Source: a virus
Length of the DNA stretch: 64,000 nt
Direction: 5' to 3' (one strand)
Virus record (IMG/VR): IMGVR_UViG_3300021519_000006
Coordinates: 1 to 64,000 of that record
Positions 19,218 through 32,504 of this stretch are shown one piece after another (position 1 is the stretch's first letter; every line of letters begins with the position of its first letter). Below the pieces are notes generated by a model that was given only the letters and a program-made list of their open reading frames with translations, ran no database searches and had not been told where the DNA came from. The translations under genes and the position numbers were made by a program.

Positions 19218-20812
19218 GTGGTCTTTAACCTTCCCCAGATTCCTACGGAGCTAGCCGTAGTAACTGTTGTTGATGCTGGCAAGTCTGTTTGAGCAGCTAC
19301 CACACCCGTAGTTCTTGGGGACAATGATGAAAGAACTGAAGGTGGTGAGTTATAAGCTGTAAATACAGAGCCAGGGTTAGAAGCAAGGACAATGATTCCT
19401 ATGGCGTATCTAACGCCAGCAACCAACGTGTAGGTAGCTGGGTACCCGCCGGTTGTATCAAATAATAGTGTGTATAGAGAGTTTGCTGACGCAAAAGTAG
19501 TTGTACTTGCGGCAGATCTAGCTACAAGAGTGGCTGTTCCTGTGATGTCGTCAAAAGTATACAAACCAAATCTAATTAAAGAAGTACCAGTAGTAACAGT
19601 TGTTGCAGAAGCTACGCTTATAGAATTTACGTTTACTCCCCATAGAGGACCAAAAAACGTAAAGTAAACAGATCCGCTAGTTAATGTTGAGGAGGTGTTT
19701 CCGTATCTCGGCGCTACATCTACAACGCTTAAACTTTGATTTAAATTAACTGCAAGGCTGCCAAAAGCATCTCCGCTAAGTTTTGCTGCGGTTACTGCAT
19801 TATTTGCAATTTTAGCTGTAGTAACGTTAAGGTCTGTAATCTTTACAGTAGTAACCGCATCTGTAGCTAGTTTAGCCGTGGTTACATTAGCATCTACAAT
19901 TTTAACTGTGGTAACAGAATCTGTTGCAAGCTTTGCTCCGGTTACATTAGCGTCTGTGATTTTAGCTGTGGTTACAGTGTTATCTGTAGGTGTACGAGTA
20001 TTAGTAAGGCGGGTATCTGTTCCGTATACAACCTGTGATGTAGTGGCATCACCAGTAGCCGGAATATCTTTTACCGAGGATGTGCCTAACCCAGTTACTT
20101 GAGTATTAGCAATAGATATTGAAGATTGATTAATTCCAATTACCGCGGCAGTAGATGTGCCAGTATTAGTAATGGGTCCAGTTACGGAAACAACTCCTGT
20201 GTTACCTTGTGGCCCAGTGACATTACTTGCTGCACCTGTAGGGCCAATATTTCCTTGAGAACCTGTGGGTCCAATAGGACCTTGTGGACCTGGTACGGTA
20301 CTAGCAGCACCTGTGGGTCCAGCAATTCCTTGTGAGCCTGTAGGTCCAATATTTCCCTGTGGTCCCGTAATTCCTTGGGGACCTGTAGGTCCAATATTTC
20401 CTTGCGGACCTGTTGGTCCAACAACAGTTGATGCAGCGCCTGTAGGCCCTGTAATTCCCTGAAGACCTTGCGGACCTGTTACACCAATTAATCCTTGGGC
20501 GCCAGTAGGTCCTACTTCACCTCTTGGGATTGTAAAGTTATAAATTGCAGCGGTAGCAGATCCAGAGTTAGTTACTACTGCGCTACCACCAGCGGCACTT
20601 GTTGTAACAGAGCCTACGGATGCGGTAGAGCTTGGTCCTGTTGGACCAGTTACTCCTGAAGAATATAGAAGTGTATTCCACGCTGTTAAACCATTACCGA
20701 CCTTAAAACGCCCGGTATCGTATTCATAGCCAGCTTCACCTTGTGCAAGAACAGGGTTAGCAGAAGTCCATGCGGCAGCTGTATCACGTCTAAACTGGAT
20801 CTTTGTTGCCAT
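19214..20812 (-). CDS. Collagen-like tail fibre with Mtd-N-like domain
   Basis: [37 protein letters not shown]; GPT/GPQ triplets; VTTAKI repeats. Confidence 0.88.
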   Translation of the reverse strand: MATKIQFRRDTAAAWTSANPVLAQGEAGYEYDTGRFKVGNGLTAWNTLLYSSGVTGPTGPSSTASVGSVTTSAAGGSAVVTNSGSATAAIYNFTIPRGEVGPTGAQGLIGVTGPQGLQGITGPTGAASTVVGPTGPQGNIGPTGPQGITGPQGNIGPTGSQGIAGPTGAASTVPGPQGPIGPTGSQGNIGPTGAASNVTGPQGNTGVVSVTGPITNTGTSTAAVIGINQSSISIANTQVTGLGTSSVKDIPATGDATTSQVVYGTDTRLTNTRTPTDNTVTTAKITDANVTGAKLATDSVTTVKIVDANVTTAKLATDAVTTVKITDLNVTTAKIANNAVTAAKLSGDAFGSLAVNLNQSLSVVDVAPRYGNTSSTLTSGSVYFTFFGPLWGVNVNSISVASATTVTTGTSLIRFGLYTFDDITGTATLVARSAASTTTFASANSLYTLLFDTTGGYPATYTLVAGVRYAIGIIVLASNPGSVFTAYNSPPSVLSSLSPRTTGVVAAQTDLPASTTVTTASSVGIWGRLKTT

Positions 20813-21180
20813 TAGCCTGTTGCTCCTCCCGCAGTAATAGTTAAGTTTCCTCCATAAATGGAGTTAGCTACACCACCGTCAAGATTAGCAGCTTCAGGGC
20901 CTGTAGGTCCTGTAACTGAAGGTCCTGTAGCACCTGTTGGGCCAACTGGTCCTTGCGGTCCGGTTGGGCCGGGAACAATAGAGTCTGGCCCTGTTGGGCC
21001 GGTAGGGCCTAAATCACCTTGTGGACCAGTAGGACCTAAAGGTCCGGTAGGACCTAAGTCCCCCGGTACACCTTCAGATATTAGTAGGCGCCATACAGCA
21101 CCAGTCCAGTACCAAGATTGTCCAGCATTAGTAAATACTTGGTCTAAATTTGGATCGTCCGGAAAATTAAGGACAGGCAT
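20812..21180 (-). CDS. Short collagen-like fibre protein
   Basis: LNFP...WYWTGAVW N-terminus and GPT triplets. Confidence 0.8.
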   Translation of the reverse strand: MPVLNFPDDPNLDQVFTNAGQSWYWTGAVWRLLISEGVPGDLGPTGPLGPTGPQGDLGPTGPTGPDSIVPGPTGPQGPVGPTGATGPSVTGPTGPEAANLDGGVANSIYGGNLTITAGGATG

Positions 21181-21203
21181 TTCTATCCTTTACTTTTTAG
21201 TTA

Positions 21204-21587
21204 TTAAGCCTCTACTGGAGCTTCTGGTGACTGATCTACAGCCTTTGGCTCTTGTTCAAGCTCAGTACCAACAATTACTCCGCCTTCGCCAACTTCAGCT
21301 TCAGCATGTTGTGCTTGAGCTAAAACAGCATTAGCTGCAAGTGCGTCATTAACTTCTTTATTAGTTGGGTGAGGAATTAGTGGCTGATCAGGACCATCAC
21401 CTGGGCGATCTGCTGTTTCATCAGCATTGTATGCGACCCAGGCTTTTGCCCAATCTTCTGCTTCTTTTTTAGAAGCCCACTCAGTGCCATTAGGCCAATG
21501 TGGTTGTTCTAGGTTACCTGGTGTGTCTTCAGAATCTAGCCAAATTACTACTAGATTACCTTTTTTAATTGAATATCCGACAGACAT
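21204..21587 (-). CDS. Hypothetical (possible fibre chaperone)
   Basis: [20 protein letters not shown]; directly downstream of propeller protein. Confidence 0.55.
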   Translation of the reverse strand: MSVGYSIKKGNLVVIWLDSEDTPGNLEQPHWPNGTEWASKKEAEDWAKAWVAYNADETADRPGDGPDQPLIPHPTNKEVNDALAANAVLAQAQHAEAEVGEGGVIVGTELEQEPKAVDQSPEAPVEA

Positions 21588-21596
21588 TTATACTCC

Positions 21597-24500
21597 TTAG
21601 TAGTTTCCTGTAGCTATAGTAGAACTATAGATACTAAATGTTACAGGTGTCGATGTAATGAAGTCAATTGGCTGTGATGAATAGAATCCACCAACATAGT
21701 TGGCACTCTTACGGAATGAGTACTGAGAACTGTTATCAGCAAGCTGGGTTGTGTACATAGATGAAGCAAAGTAAACAGTAGATGCTGTAGTAGTAGCATC
21801 TCCTTGATCACGCCAGATTTCATAAAGGTATGAGTCAGTCTTTACAGCGAACAACTTTCCACCGATATCAAATGCCTTATAAGCAACACCAAACGTAGCG
21901 TTAGAGCTACCTAAACGCACTGTCATAGCGTTAGTTCCCATAGCGTTGTTAGAGGTGTACGTGTCAGAAGTTCCGCAGAAGATGTAAACGTCGTCTGTAG
22001 CTGCAATATCCCAAATACCTTGTCCACCAGTACCAAAGTATCCCTGAGCCCATCGGCGTGGCTGTCTATGGAAATCTTGATTAAACATCCAGTAGCCGGC
22101 GGCGCTTGTAGACGTGTGCCAAGCAAACCAGGTATTACCGGTTTTCTTGATACGTGTAGGCGCTAGTGAAGCTGGAAGAACACCTACAACGAATGTGTGG
22201 TAGTTGTACCAAGTAATACCGTCTGCAGAACGTGCAATCGTGTTATTACCTGTGTAGTACTTATAGAAGAACCCATCTTCAAACGAGAGGGAATGCTCTG
22301 TACAACGAGAGTCTAAGTTACGACCATACTTACGGATAGAGCACCAACGGTTACCATCTGGTGAGAAGTACATATAGTTTGTACCTTCAGAACGGGCTAC
22401 AAACATACCGTTTCCACCCATAACATCGCTTAGATAGTTATTCTGAGAAACGCGGTTGTATACATACGGCAAGAATTCAATCCAGTCGTATGTACGCCAG
22501 ATTCCGTTAGCATTCATAAGGGTGTAAATACCATTTGAGTAAGCAGATTGGTACTGTGTGCTTGGAGTATAGTTAATATTAAACGAAGTCCAAGTATTGT
22601 AATCATTAGTAGACGCACCTGGCTGTGTGTGAGCAAATGTAATTTGACCGTTAAAGGCAACTGACTGTACCAAAGTACCGTTAGTAGCTACGTCACGAAC
22701 AGTCTGGGCAATATGACCTGAGCTGATCTGCCAGAAAATTTCACCGTCTTGTGTCCAAGCTAGGTATCCATTGTTACCTGTAACCCAGTGACGATCAATA
22801 GCATAACGTGAACGAGTGTTCTGACCCGATTGATACATCGCAGAAGTTTTTACTCCTGTACGCCAATCTAGACCATCAGTAGAGCGAAGTGTGACTCCAG
22901 AATCTCCCACAGCAATCCATAGACCGCTTGGATAAGCTGGAGTAACTCCCCAAGAAACACCGTTAAGGTTGTTTGCTACATACTGGCCTTCAAATGTTCC
23001 ACCTGCAGAAACAGCTGTTCCTACAAGGCGTGAGCGCTGTGTCCAAGTAATACCGTCTGTAGAAGAGTAGATATAACCACCAGCGCAGACTGCAACAAAT
23101 AGACTATTAGCAAATGTAATTTCGTAAACGCCACCACCAAGAAGAGTTTGACGCTGTGTCCAAGTGGTCATATCAGGAGATGAATAAACAATTCCTGAAT
23201 CATTACCTACTACATATAAACCAGCACCAAAAGCAATAGCTCTAGTATTAGCAGCGGAAATTACGTTGTTAGCGTTGTAGTTAGTACGAATCCAGTTATC
23301 ACCATCAACAGAGTAAGCAACTACACCAGCTCCACCAACTGCTAAGAAGCGGTTGTTGTAGAACTGAATTGCGTTAACTGTGTTAGAAACAAAGTTATTA
23401 CCGGCGGTAAATGTAGAAGTACGCTCTGTCCAAGTGTATCCATCTGGAGCAGACATGATAGTTCCAGTATTTCCACCAGCAACCCAGCGAGCACCAGAAG
23501 AACCAACACCATAAGCCATTGTGTTTATAGCGGTAGTCTGGTTAGGGTGAACTTGACGGCTCCAAGCAATTGGGTTACCGGCAGGTGCGTAGTAAGAAGA
23601 TGCATCGTTTTCTTGGCGATACCACATTTTACCAAGGGCATCCATACCAATTGTTCCAAATTGGCTAAGACCATCAGCACGGATCCACCATGAAATACCA
23701 TCTGTAGATGTCTTAATCTGTCCGTTAACTGGATCGTAGTACACAAGTACTGAACCATTTTTAACAAGACGGTGGTTGTAATAAGTAGATCCTGAAAGTG
23801 TTGAACCAGCGGTCCAAGAAGTTAAGTTAGAGCTGTAGTAAAGCTGTCCTGCTTGTGAAATAGCCCACCAAGTAGAACCAAGCTTTACAACGCTTCGGCA
23901 AATAAATGGGATGCTGTAAGCAGAGTTCCATAGAGAACCATCAGTAGATGTAGCCATACGTGAACCATCATCAAATGCTAAGTAGTTTGTACCATCCCAA
24001 GCAACTGCGGTTACGTTACCAATCAAACCTGAAGGGGAAAATAGTGTAAAGCTTTGGCCATCTGGTGAGAAACCTACGTTAGAAGAAGTAGAGTTGCGAC
24101 CATAGATATAGCCTGTAGGCGATACTGCAGCACAACGAACTGTGGTCCAGTTACCATCTCCAGAGTATTCCCAGTCAAAACCGTTATTTGAAACAAGTCC
24201 ATAATTCGTGTTTGGTCCACCGGCTACTAAGAAACGACCGTTAAAGTATTCAACGGAATAGGTTTCGTTTGTATAGGCACCCGGAGTAATGTTGTTGTAG
24301 TTACCAACGTTGTGCCAAGTATTGCCGTAGTCACGGGATGCTGAAATAATAGCGTTGTAACCACCTACGAATACCTGAATCTTTCCATCAGGAGTAGAAG
24401 CCATCATGCTACTTGAACCATACATTGAGTATGTGTTAGAGTTTAAAGTGGCTGTTCCCGTGTATCCAGAGTTATGTGGGTAGAACTGAGGAAGTGGACG

Positions 24501-24833
24501 GTACTGAGGTGCTGGGTCTTTATCAAAAGGCTCAAAAGCCATAGAGATAGTTGTTGCTGCAGAAGGAAGCTCAATAGTTCCTTGGTTTTCAGATCCACGC
24601 CAATCCCAACCACTGATTGCTTGAGATCCTTGTACATTGTTTCCATTTCCGGAAACACGGAAAATACCACGGCTGTTGGAACTGCACTTTACTGCATACT
24701 TACCAGCAGCTAGTGTTGTACCGGGGGTGTAGTCATACGCGCCTCGGCCTGAAAGAACACGAGATAATAGGACGGAACCACCATCGGGAGCTCCAGTAGA
24801 TGAACCACCTGTTAGATCACTTAAATTTGCCAT
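21597..24833 (-). CDS. Beta-propeller (BNR/Asp-box repeat) receptor-binding protein
   Basis: Many SxDGxxW repeats (STDGITW, SPDMTTW, SADGITW). Confidence 0.85.
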   Translation of the reverse strand: MANLSDLTGGSSTGAPDGGSVLLSRVLSGRGAYDYTPGTTLAAGKYAVKCSSNSRGIFRVSGNGNNVQGSQAISGWDWRGSENQGTIELPSAATTISMAFEPFDKDPAPQYRPLPQFYPHNSGYTGTATLNSNTYSMYGSSSMMASTPDGKIQVFVGGYNAIISASRDYGNTWHNVGNYNNITPGAYTNETYSVEYFNGRFLVAGGPNTNYGLVSNNGFDWEYSGDGNWTTVRCAAVSPTGYIYGRNSTSSNVGFSPDGQSFTLFSPSGLIGNVTAVAWDGTNYLAFDDGSRMATSTDGSLWNSAYSIPFICRSVVKLGSTWWAISQAGQLYYSSNLTSWTAGSTLSGSTYYNHRLVKNGSVLVYYDPVNGQIKTSTDGISWWIRADGLSQFGTIGMDALGKMWYRQENDASSYYAPAGNPIAWSRQVHPNQTTAINTMAYGVGSSGARWVAGGNTGTIMSAPDGYTWTERTSTFTAGNNFVSNTVNAIQFYNNRFLAVGGAGVVAYSVDGDNWIRTNYNANNVISAANTRAIAFGAGLYVVGNDSGIVYSSPDMTTWTQRQTLLGGGVYEITFANSLFVAVCAGGYIYSSTDGITWTQRSRLVGTAVSAGGTFEGQYVANNLNGVSWGVTPAYPSGLWIAVGDSGVTLRSTDGLDWRTGVKTSAMYQSGQNTRSRYAIDRHWVTGNNGYLAWTQDGEIFWQISSGHIAQTVRDVATNGTLVQSVAFNGQITFAHTQPGASTNDYNTWTSFNINYTPSTQYQSAYSNGIYTLMNANGIWRTYDWIEFLPYVYNRVSQNNYLSDVMGGNGMFVARSEGTNYMYFSPDGNRWCSIRKYGRNLDSRCTEHSLSFEDGFFYKYYTGNNTIARSADGITWYNYHTFVVGVLPASLAPTRIKKTGNTWFAWHTSTSAAGYWMFNQDFHRQPRRWAQGYFGTGGQGIWDIAATDDVYIFCGTSDTYTSNNAMGTNAMTVRLGSSNATFGVAYKAFDIGGKLFAVKTDSYLYEIWRDQGDATTTASTVYFASSMYTTQLADNSSQYSFRKSANYVGGFYSSQPIDFITSTPVTFSIYSSTIATGNY

Positions 24834-24836
24834 TTT

Positions 24837-26594
24837 TTAGACAAACCTCCATCCATATGTCGAGCCCGAGTATAGTAACTCTATTGAGGCATTTCTTACA
24901 TTAAGAGAGTAGTCTTCAGACAACCCCATAATTTTATTTCCGTTTCTCGCTAGTACAGCTGGTGTAGTTCCCCAAGTACCTGCTAAATCGGCAATACGTA
25001 TTCTATCATTAACTGCAGGGGTTACAGGCAATGTAAGTGTAAATGCTCCACCGGAAGTGTTTGCAAAGATTGCATCACGAACCGCTAGGGTGTAGTTGGC
25101 GGTCTTAGTTGACCAAACACCGCTGATCTGAGAATAAGCAAATCCCACTGTAGTGGCATCTGTATCTGCAGCAGGAGTAGTGCTAATAGTGATTCCAGCT
25201 GTTGCTGTTACCACACCAGTTACACCTAAAGTTCCAGCTACTGTTGTGTTACCTGTGGCAGCTGTTACTACAAACTTGTTTGTGTTGATGGTCAAGTTGC
25301 CTGTGAGAGCCTGTGTACCTGTGTTGATGATTCCGCCGACTTTTAGAGTGTCGTATACAGCGCTTGTGTAATCAACTGTGTTTCCTGGCTTTACAGTAAG
25401 TCCTGAAACTAAGTTCCAAATACCATCAGTTGCTTTCTTTGTAAATGCTGCGTACTTCTGCCCACTGGAGATATAACCACCAGCAAAAGTAAAGTCAAGA
25501 AGGTTAGCTGCGTTTGTATCAGCTACGAAGACCGCTGGGTTTACAACAGCAATGTTAGCGGTTTGAACAGTAGTTCCACCACCAGAGAAAGAAATAGTAC
25601 CCGCAATATTTACGTTACCGCCGATATTTACAGCACCCGTTACACCAAGGCCACCGGCTACTACAAGAGCTCCAGTAGATGGGGAAGTAGAAGCTGTTGC
25701 AATGTTAATAGAAACGCTGGTATCTGGATCAATAGTCATTTGAGTATTATTATCACCAAGGCCACCAGCAGCAAAAATAATTTTATTCTGTGATCCGGTA
25801 TCACCTGTAGCTAATACAAGGTTTCCTCGCCCAAGTTTTCCAGCAGATGCCGCACCATTTGGTGAAACAGATGCAGGAGCTAGATCTCCGTTCGTAGATG
25901 TGTACGTAAAAGTAGATGGTGATGGGATAGCAATGATAGTTGCAGAAGCAGTATTAAAAGATCCATCTACACCTGTAATAGTAAGTGGCATACCTACACG
26001 GAAATTATGTGCAGCAGATGTAGTTAAAGTAGCAACGTTAGAAGTTCTTGCTTTTGTAATAACTACTGCTGTTAAAACTTCTGGGCCGGTTACAAAAATG
26101 TATCCGTCACTTGCGCCAGTAATAGTAAATGATGGGTCACTAAAGTTTTGAGAAGTGAAACCCATATCAATGTAGCCAGAAGAATCCACACCATTATCAC
26201 CATAAGCAATATAGTCTGTAGAGGATGCAATTCCACTTCCCATATTTTGAAAAGCAATTTGTGCATAGTTAGTAGATTCAATACTTGCAATAATTGCTGG
26301 GTCGGACAAACCAGCTTCAGATTCAAAAGCTTGTGCTTCTGTACCAACATACATCTTTGTAACATTTAGTGGATTAGTTCCATCTAGAACTGTTGCAAGA
26401 AAATCATTTAAATCATTTTGTGCTTGAACTGACGCGGCTGCTAGATCATTAATGCCTAGTAGATTACCTAGCGTCTCAATAGTTTTTGCAACATAGACGA
26501 GGTCTTGCGCAGAATAGGTACTTGCCGCAAGGGATGCGGTAATCTCTGACTTAACCGCTTCAATTTGCGTATTAAGCGCTGTATATAGTGGCAT
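24837..26594 (-). CDS. Tail fibre protein
   Basis: TGALVVAGGLGV beta-helix motif; C-terminal NTSGGAFTLTLP...NGNKIMG...YGW module resembling T4 proximal fibre domains. Confidence 0.8.
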   Translation of the reverse strand: MPLYTALNTQIEAVKSEITASLAASTYSAQDLVYVAKTIETLGNLLGINDLAAASVQAQNDLNDFLATVLDGTNPLNVTKMYVGTEAQAFESEAGLSDPAIIASIESTNYAQIAFQNMGSGIASSTDYIAYGDNGVDSSGYIDMGFTSQNFSDPSFTITGASDGYIFVTGPEVLTAVVITKARTSNVATLTTSAAHNFRVGMPLTITGVDGSFNTASATIIAIPSPSTFTYTSTNGDLAPASVSPNGAASAGKLGRGNLVLATGDTGSQNKIIFAAGGLGDNNTQMTIDPDTSVSINIATASTSPSTGALVVAGGLGVTGAVNIGGNVNIAGTISFSGGGTTVQTANIAVVNPAVFVADTNAANLLDFTFAGGYISSGQKYAAFTKKATDGIWNLVSGLTVKPGNTVDYTSAVYDTLKVGGIINTGTQALTGNLTINTNKFVVTAATGNTTVAGTLGVTGVVTATAGITISTTPAADTDATTVGFAYSQISGVWSTKTANYTLAVRDAIFANTSGGAFTLTLPVTPAVNDRIRIADLAGTWGTTPAVLARNGNKIMGLSEDYSLNVRNASIELLYSGSTYGWRFV

Positions 26595-26665
26595 TAAATA
26601 TCTCCTTCGGGGGATTTACCCATTAAGCGATTATAAGCATACTTACTCATTTTTTGTCCTTATAA

Positions 26666-27442
26666 CTAGATTGAGCTGTAGATGTTAAGACCAAGCCAAC
26701 GATCGTCTCGGACTAGTCGTACTTCATTTGTAAGTTGTGTCATAAGCTCACTACCCTCGTAGGATAGTACTGTAGCTACGGCAGAATCCGTAGCGTTAGA
26801 TATGGCAGTTTCAGCCGCAGTTGTGGCCGCACTCAAGGTGGTTAGTGAACCAGAGAGGGTTAATCCTAAGGCATCCACAGCATCTTGAACATCCGTTAGT
26901 GCGCCATCGACTATAAGCCCAACGGCTACCGCAGCGTTACTCACTGCATCTGTTATATCCCCAGTTCCTGTGGAAACCGCCGTGTTGATATCATCAATGC
27001 CTGTGCTTATAGCAAGGGTAGCAGCATCAAGGGCGTCAGTAATATCTGATAGGCCATTGGTTACTAAATCAATAATATCTTGAGTATTTACAGCGCCAAG
27101 TTCTAGTAAAAGGGCATCAATTTGATCAAAAACTTCTTGAGAAGCGGTGTCCAGAGCAGTATTGAAAGAAGTAAGTGCGGAGGAGGCTGCTGTAGTAATA
27201 GTTCCTGTAGCAGTTGTTACGGCTGTATTTAAAGTAGAAATTGCAGTGGTAGCCGTAGTTGTTACCTGGCCCTGCTGGTAAGTTCCTTCTGTAATAACTC
27301 GTGTCAAAGCTAAGTTGGAAACTGCTGCTTCCAAAGCCTTCATTTGGATCAGAAGGTCTTTATTATCAATATTGGTTGCAACAGACTCAACCTTGGCGGT
27401 GATTACCGCCTCTAAGGCCGAGAAATCTGGATTAATTGGCAC
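26666..27442 (-). CDS. Ala/Thr-rich coiled-coil fibre protein
   Basis: Amphipathic helical repeats of about 11 residues, within the fibre cluster. Confidence 0.6.
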   Translation of the reverse strand: MPINPDFSALEAVITAKVESVATNIDNKDLLIQMKALEAAVSNLALTRVITEGTYQQGQVTTTATTAISTLNTAVTTATGTITTAASSALTSFNTALDTASQEVFDQIDALLLELGAVNTQDIIDLVTNGLSDITDALDAATLAISTGIDDINTAVSTGTGDITDAVSNAAVAVGLIVDGALTDVQDAVDALGLTLSGSLTTLSAATTAAETAISNATDSAVATVLSYEGSELMTQLTNEVRLVRDDRWLGLNIYSSI

Positions 27443-27451
27443 TGTGTCTCC

Positions 27452-29523
<2,072 letters not shown>

Positions 29524-29527
<4 letters not shown>

Positions 29528-30597
29528 AGTGTTACTTCAGATTCTGTAAACACTTTACCCTTGATGTAGGTTCTAACCTTTCCATCTCCGTCGGTAAGTT
29601 GAATATCATAATATGTTGTGCGTGGAAGTCTTTCTGTAATTTCTCCCGATAATGTTAATTTTAACATGTCGTAAATACCGGAACCAGTTGATTGAACCTT
29701 TACGATTGTAAACGTACCAACTATGACTGGACCAACTTGAGCATATTGAGATGTTTGAAATAAGCGAATTTCTGACTTAGGAGTGTAAGTAGACAAGTCC
29801 ATATTAAACTTAAGATCAACTTCAAAATCATCACCAGAGTACATAGACAGATCTCGTGTAAGAACTGAGCTTGCTGGGGTAATATCCCCATAGTTTGGTA
29901 TAGAAAGGCGTACGCGTTGAGGTAGGGAAGCGTCATCAATTTCCTGTGGGCGATAAATAGGAACAAGTTTATTAGTAAGACGACTAATACGACGGAGGTT
30001 AAATACTTCTATACGATGTAAGCCAATATTTAATAAATTACATAGCTCGCGGTACTGTTCTTTACGGGCAGTAATCATTTCCGATAGTTGACGAAAACGT
30101 TCCGAACGCGGTATAGAAACACCATCTGGAGAAATAATATCGATGTCAAAAGAAGCATCTGTAGCCAGGGTATACAAGGCCATAGTTGAGGCTAAAAGTA
30201 TAAGGGGGTACTCTTCAATTCCCGCTAACGTAAGTAGTGTAGCTTGGCTACCATTGGAATCGGTTTCATTGCGGGCATGTTGAATAAACGCAGTATTGAT
30301 GTATTGAGAAATTTCAGACGTAGTAAAGTATTTAAATGCAGTTCCGGAAATAACAACGCTGGACCCTGCTATTGGGGCCACTGCCAAGACTACCATACCT
30401 GATTGTTCTTCTACGGAAGCAGAATTAGATACGTTTACCCCGCCTACTTTGATTATAAGGCTACTGCCTTGAACGGGAGCAACGCTGAGTTGGTAGCGAG
30501 TAGTGAACCCGTCTCCCTCAAAAGTTTCCACAAATGAGCGAGCTATGTCGCCTAATTCGTAGCGAAGGCGTTCAGACAATGTTGCTAATGTTGCCAC
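29524..30597 (-). CDS. Head-tail adaptor / neck protein (putative)
   Basis: Position after capsid genes; C-terminal YSGDDF...YYDIQLT...YIKGKVF BppU-like beta domain. Confidence 0.6.
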
Positions 30598-30666
30598 TGG
30601 GATCCTCCGAGGTTACTGGTATCTAATATGGTCTCGTTATTCCTTATAATATTCAGCGCAAACGTT

Positions 30667-30705
30667 AAAAACCCTCGTAGACAGGAGGGCGTTTGTCTAC
30701 GAGGG
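30667..30705 (-). terminator. Intrinsic terminator
   Basis: 12 bp perfect inverted repeat CCCTCGTAGACA/TGTCTACGAGGG with T run on the minus strand. Confidence 0.8.
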
Positions 30706-30723
30706 CGTTCTAGATAAGCGGGT

Positions 30724-31089
30724 TTAGAGCCGGTCGTACAAGTAACCCTTTTCTTGCAAGTGCACCGCTACATGTTTTGCAACTTTGTACTTCTGGCCTG
30801 CTTTAAAGGAATAGTTATTCCCTGCGCCAATAGTTACGTTCTCTAAATCTTCTGCCACTCGAATAACCTGAACATCATCTGCCAGGTTTACGCCTACAGT
30901 CTCAACCTCATCAATAACGGTTAGTTTTGAGGGAGTTGTAGCGTCAACTACTTCTGTCTCTAGCTTGGCTGCAGCTGTTGCTGTTGCCATAGAGATTTGG
31001 CCTGCACGCTCAGCTAATGCTTCTGCGTTAGCTTTGATCTGTGCTTCACGTTCACGTCCTGTAACGTCTGTTACTTTTGATTTTGCCAC
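30724..31089 (-). CDS. Hypothetical capsid-linked protein
   Basis: Strong AAGGAGA RBS, GTG start, downstream of capsid gene. Confidence 0.7.
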   Translation of the reverse strand: MAKSKVTDVTGREREAQIKANAEALAERAGQISMATATAAAKLETEVVDATTPSKLTVIDEVETVGVNLADDVQVIRVAEDLENVTIGAGNNYSFKAGQKYKVAKHVAVHLQEKGYLYDRL

Positions 31090-31174
31090 GATTATTATTC
31101 TCCTTGTAAGTTAAGTGTTGTGGGGAATAAGCTACTGCCTACTCCCCACAACGACTTGGGGGGTTTTTTTTAAA

Positions 31175-31375
31175 CTAGTTATTCAAATGCGAAGATAGAG
31201 CTGCCTCATTAGCATGGTTACGGCATATACCGTTTCCAGATTTGTCTTGATATTTTGCAATATCTCCACAAGGCAGTCCATGAGCCTCAAGTTGTCCACA
31301 ACGAGGGACTGAACTTCCTAGTAAAGCTTCTAGAGCTTTAATACTTTGTTCTGAGGCTTTAGGGTCTCTTGGCAT
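31175..31375 (-). CDS. Small Zn-finger-like protein
   Basis: C..C..ICRNH pattern; immediately after the capsid stop. Confidence 0.5.
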   Translation of the reverse strand: MPRDPKASEQSIKALEALLGSSVPRCGQLEAHGLPCGDIAKYQDKSGNGICRNHANEAALSSHLNN

Positions 31376-31381
31376 TTTGAA

Positions 31382-32458
31382 TTAGTTGGTTTCTGCGATA
31401 ACTACAGACTGATCTGTGATAAGACCAAGACCGTAAATAGCGTACCAAGCAAGAGCGTGCTCACGACCGAAGTCAAGAATACCGCCGTCACGAAGTTCCA
31501 CTGGAAGTGAAATAGCGTGACCAAATGCGTTGTCACCGATAAAGATTGCTGAGTAGCGATCCTTGTTACCGTTACCGGTCTTTGTTGCTGGAGATGTGTA
31601 TCCACCACCAGTTGGGTAAACGATTGAGCCTGGAGCAACTGTTGAGTCAGTTGTGTAACCTGAACCAGCTCCGCCAGCTACCTTTTGGATCTGTGTTGTT
31701 TCGATGAATACTGTGTCGTACAAACGACCAATTTCACCTAGCATGAAGTTTCCTGGAGCAGCGTACTTTGTTACTTCAATGAACTCTGCGTTGTCGCGGA
31801 GCTTACGAGATTGGTGGGGGTGCACGAATGCAACGTATGTCTCACCAAGGCGAGGGATGTTCTTTGTAGCAAGTGTCTCGACTGCATCCTTCACAGTGTG
31901 AGGTGTCAAGTCGAACGCACCAGTCATTGAAGCACGTGATGTGCCCTTTGTACCGTTTGCGTACCAGTTGTTTACAGCTGTTAGATCTGAACGATCTTCA
32001 CCGTAGATAACTGATGATGCTGCCATAAGTGTGTCACGAGCCTGGCCATCAAGGTAGAGAGCCATGTTACGTCCAAGAAGACGTGAAGCTGATGCCATTA
32101 CGTCATCAAATGATGCGTTAAGTAGGAGCTCTGATACTGCAATTGCGTATCCGTGCTCAGCAACAGTGATTGAGAACTGTTGTGCTGTCAATGCGTTTGT
32201 TGACATACGAACGCCTTCAACGAGTGAATTCGCGAAGCCGAGGTTGTTGTAACGCATGAAGTTGATCTGTAGACCAGGTGCTACGCCTAGTTCTGTCTTC
32301 TTAACAGCGAATTGCTCGAAGCGTAGAATTGGCATTGACTGGAATAGAATTTCCTTAGACCAGATGGTCTGGATTGCTTGTGTAAGCTGGCTGTTTGCGC
32401 CAGAATACGCTGTAGGTGATGCGGCTAAATTGCCGGTACCTGTTACGGCTGATGCCAT
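31382..32458 (-). CDS. Major capsid protein (N4 gp56-like family)
   Basis: YVAFVHPHQ, GEIGRLYDTVFIET, DFGREH motifs; strongly biased codon use; follows scaffold. Confidence 0.95.
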   Translation of the reverse strand: MASAVTGTGNLAASPTAYSGANSQLTQAIQTIWSKEILFQSMPILRFEQFAVKKTELGVAPGLQINFMRYNNLGFANSLVEGVRMSTNALTAQQFSITVAEHGYAIAVSELLLNASFDDVMASASRLLGRNMALYLDGQARDTLMAASSVIYGEDRSDLTAVNNWYANGTKGTSRASMTGAFDLTPHTVKDAVETLATKNIPRLGETYVAFVHPHQSRKLRDNAEFIEVTKYAAPGNFMLGEIGRLYDTVFIETTQIQKVAGGAGSGYTTDSTVAPGSIVYPTGGGYTSPATKTGNGNKDRYSAIFIGDNAFGHAISLPVELRDGGILDFGREHALAWYAIYGLGLITDQSVVIAETN

Positions 32459-32504
32459 GTCGGTGTTACTCCTTAGTTAGTTTTAATTGAATAGGTAATT
32501 TTTA

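Noticed and set aside
15121-24833. Diversity-generating retroelement suggested by the Mtd-N-like domain
   Set aside because: No reverse transcriptase or adenine-variable repeat pair seen in the window.
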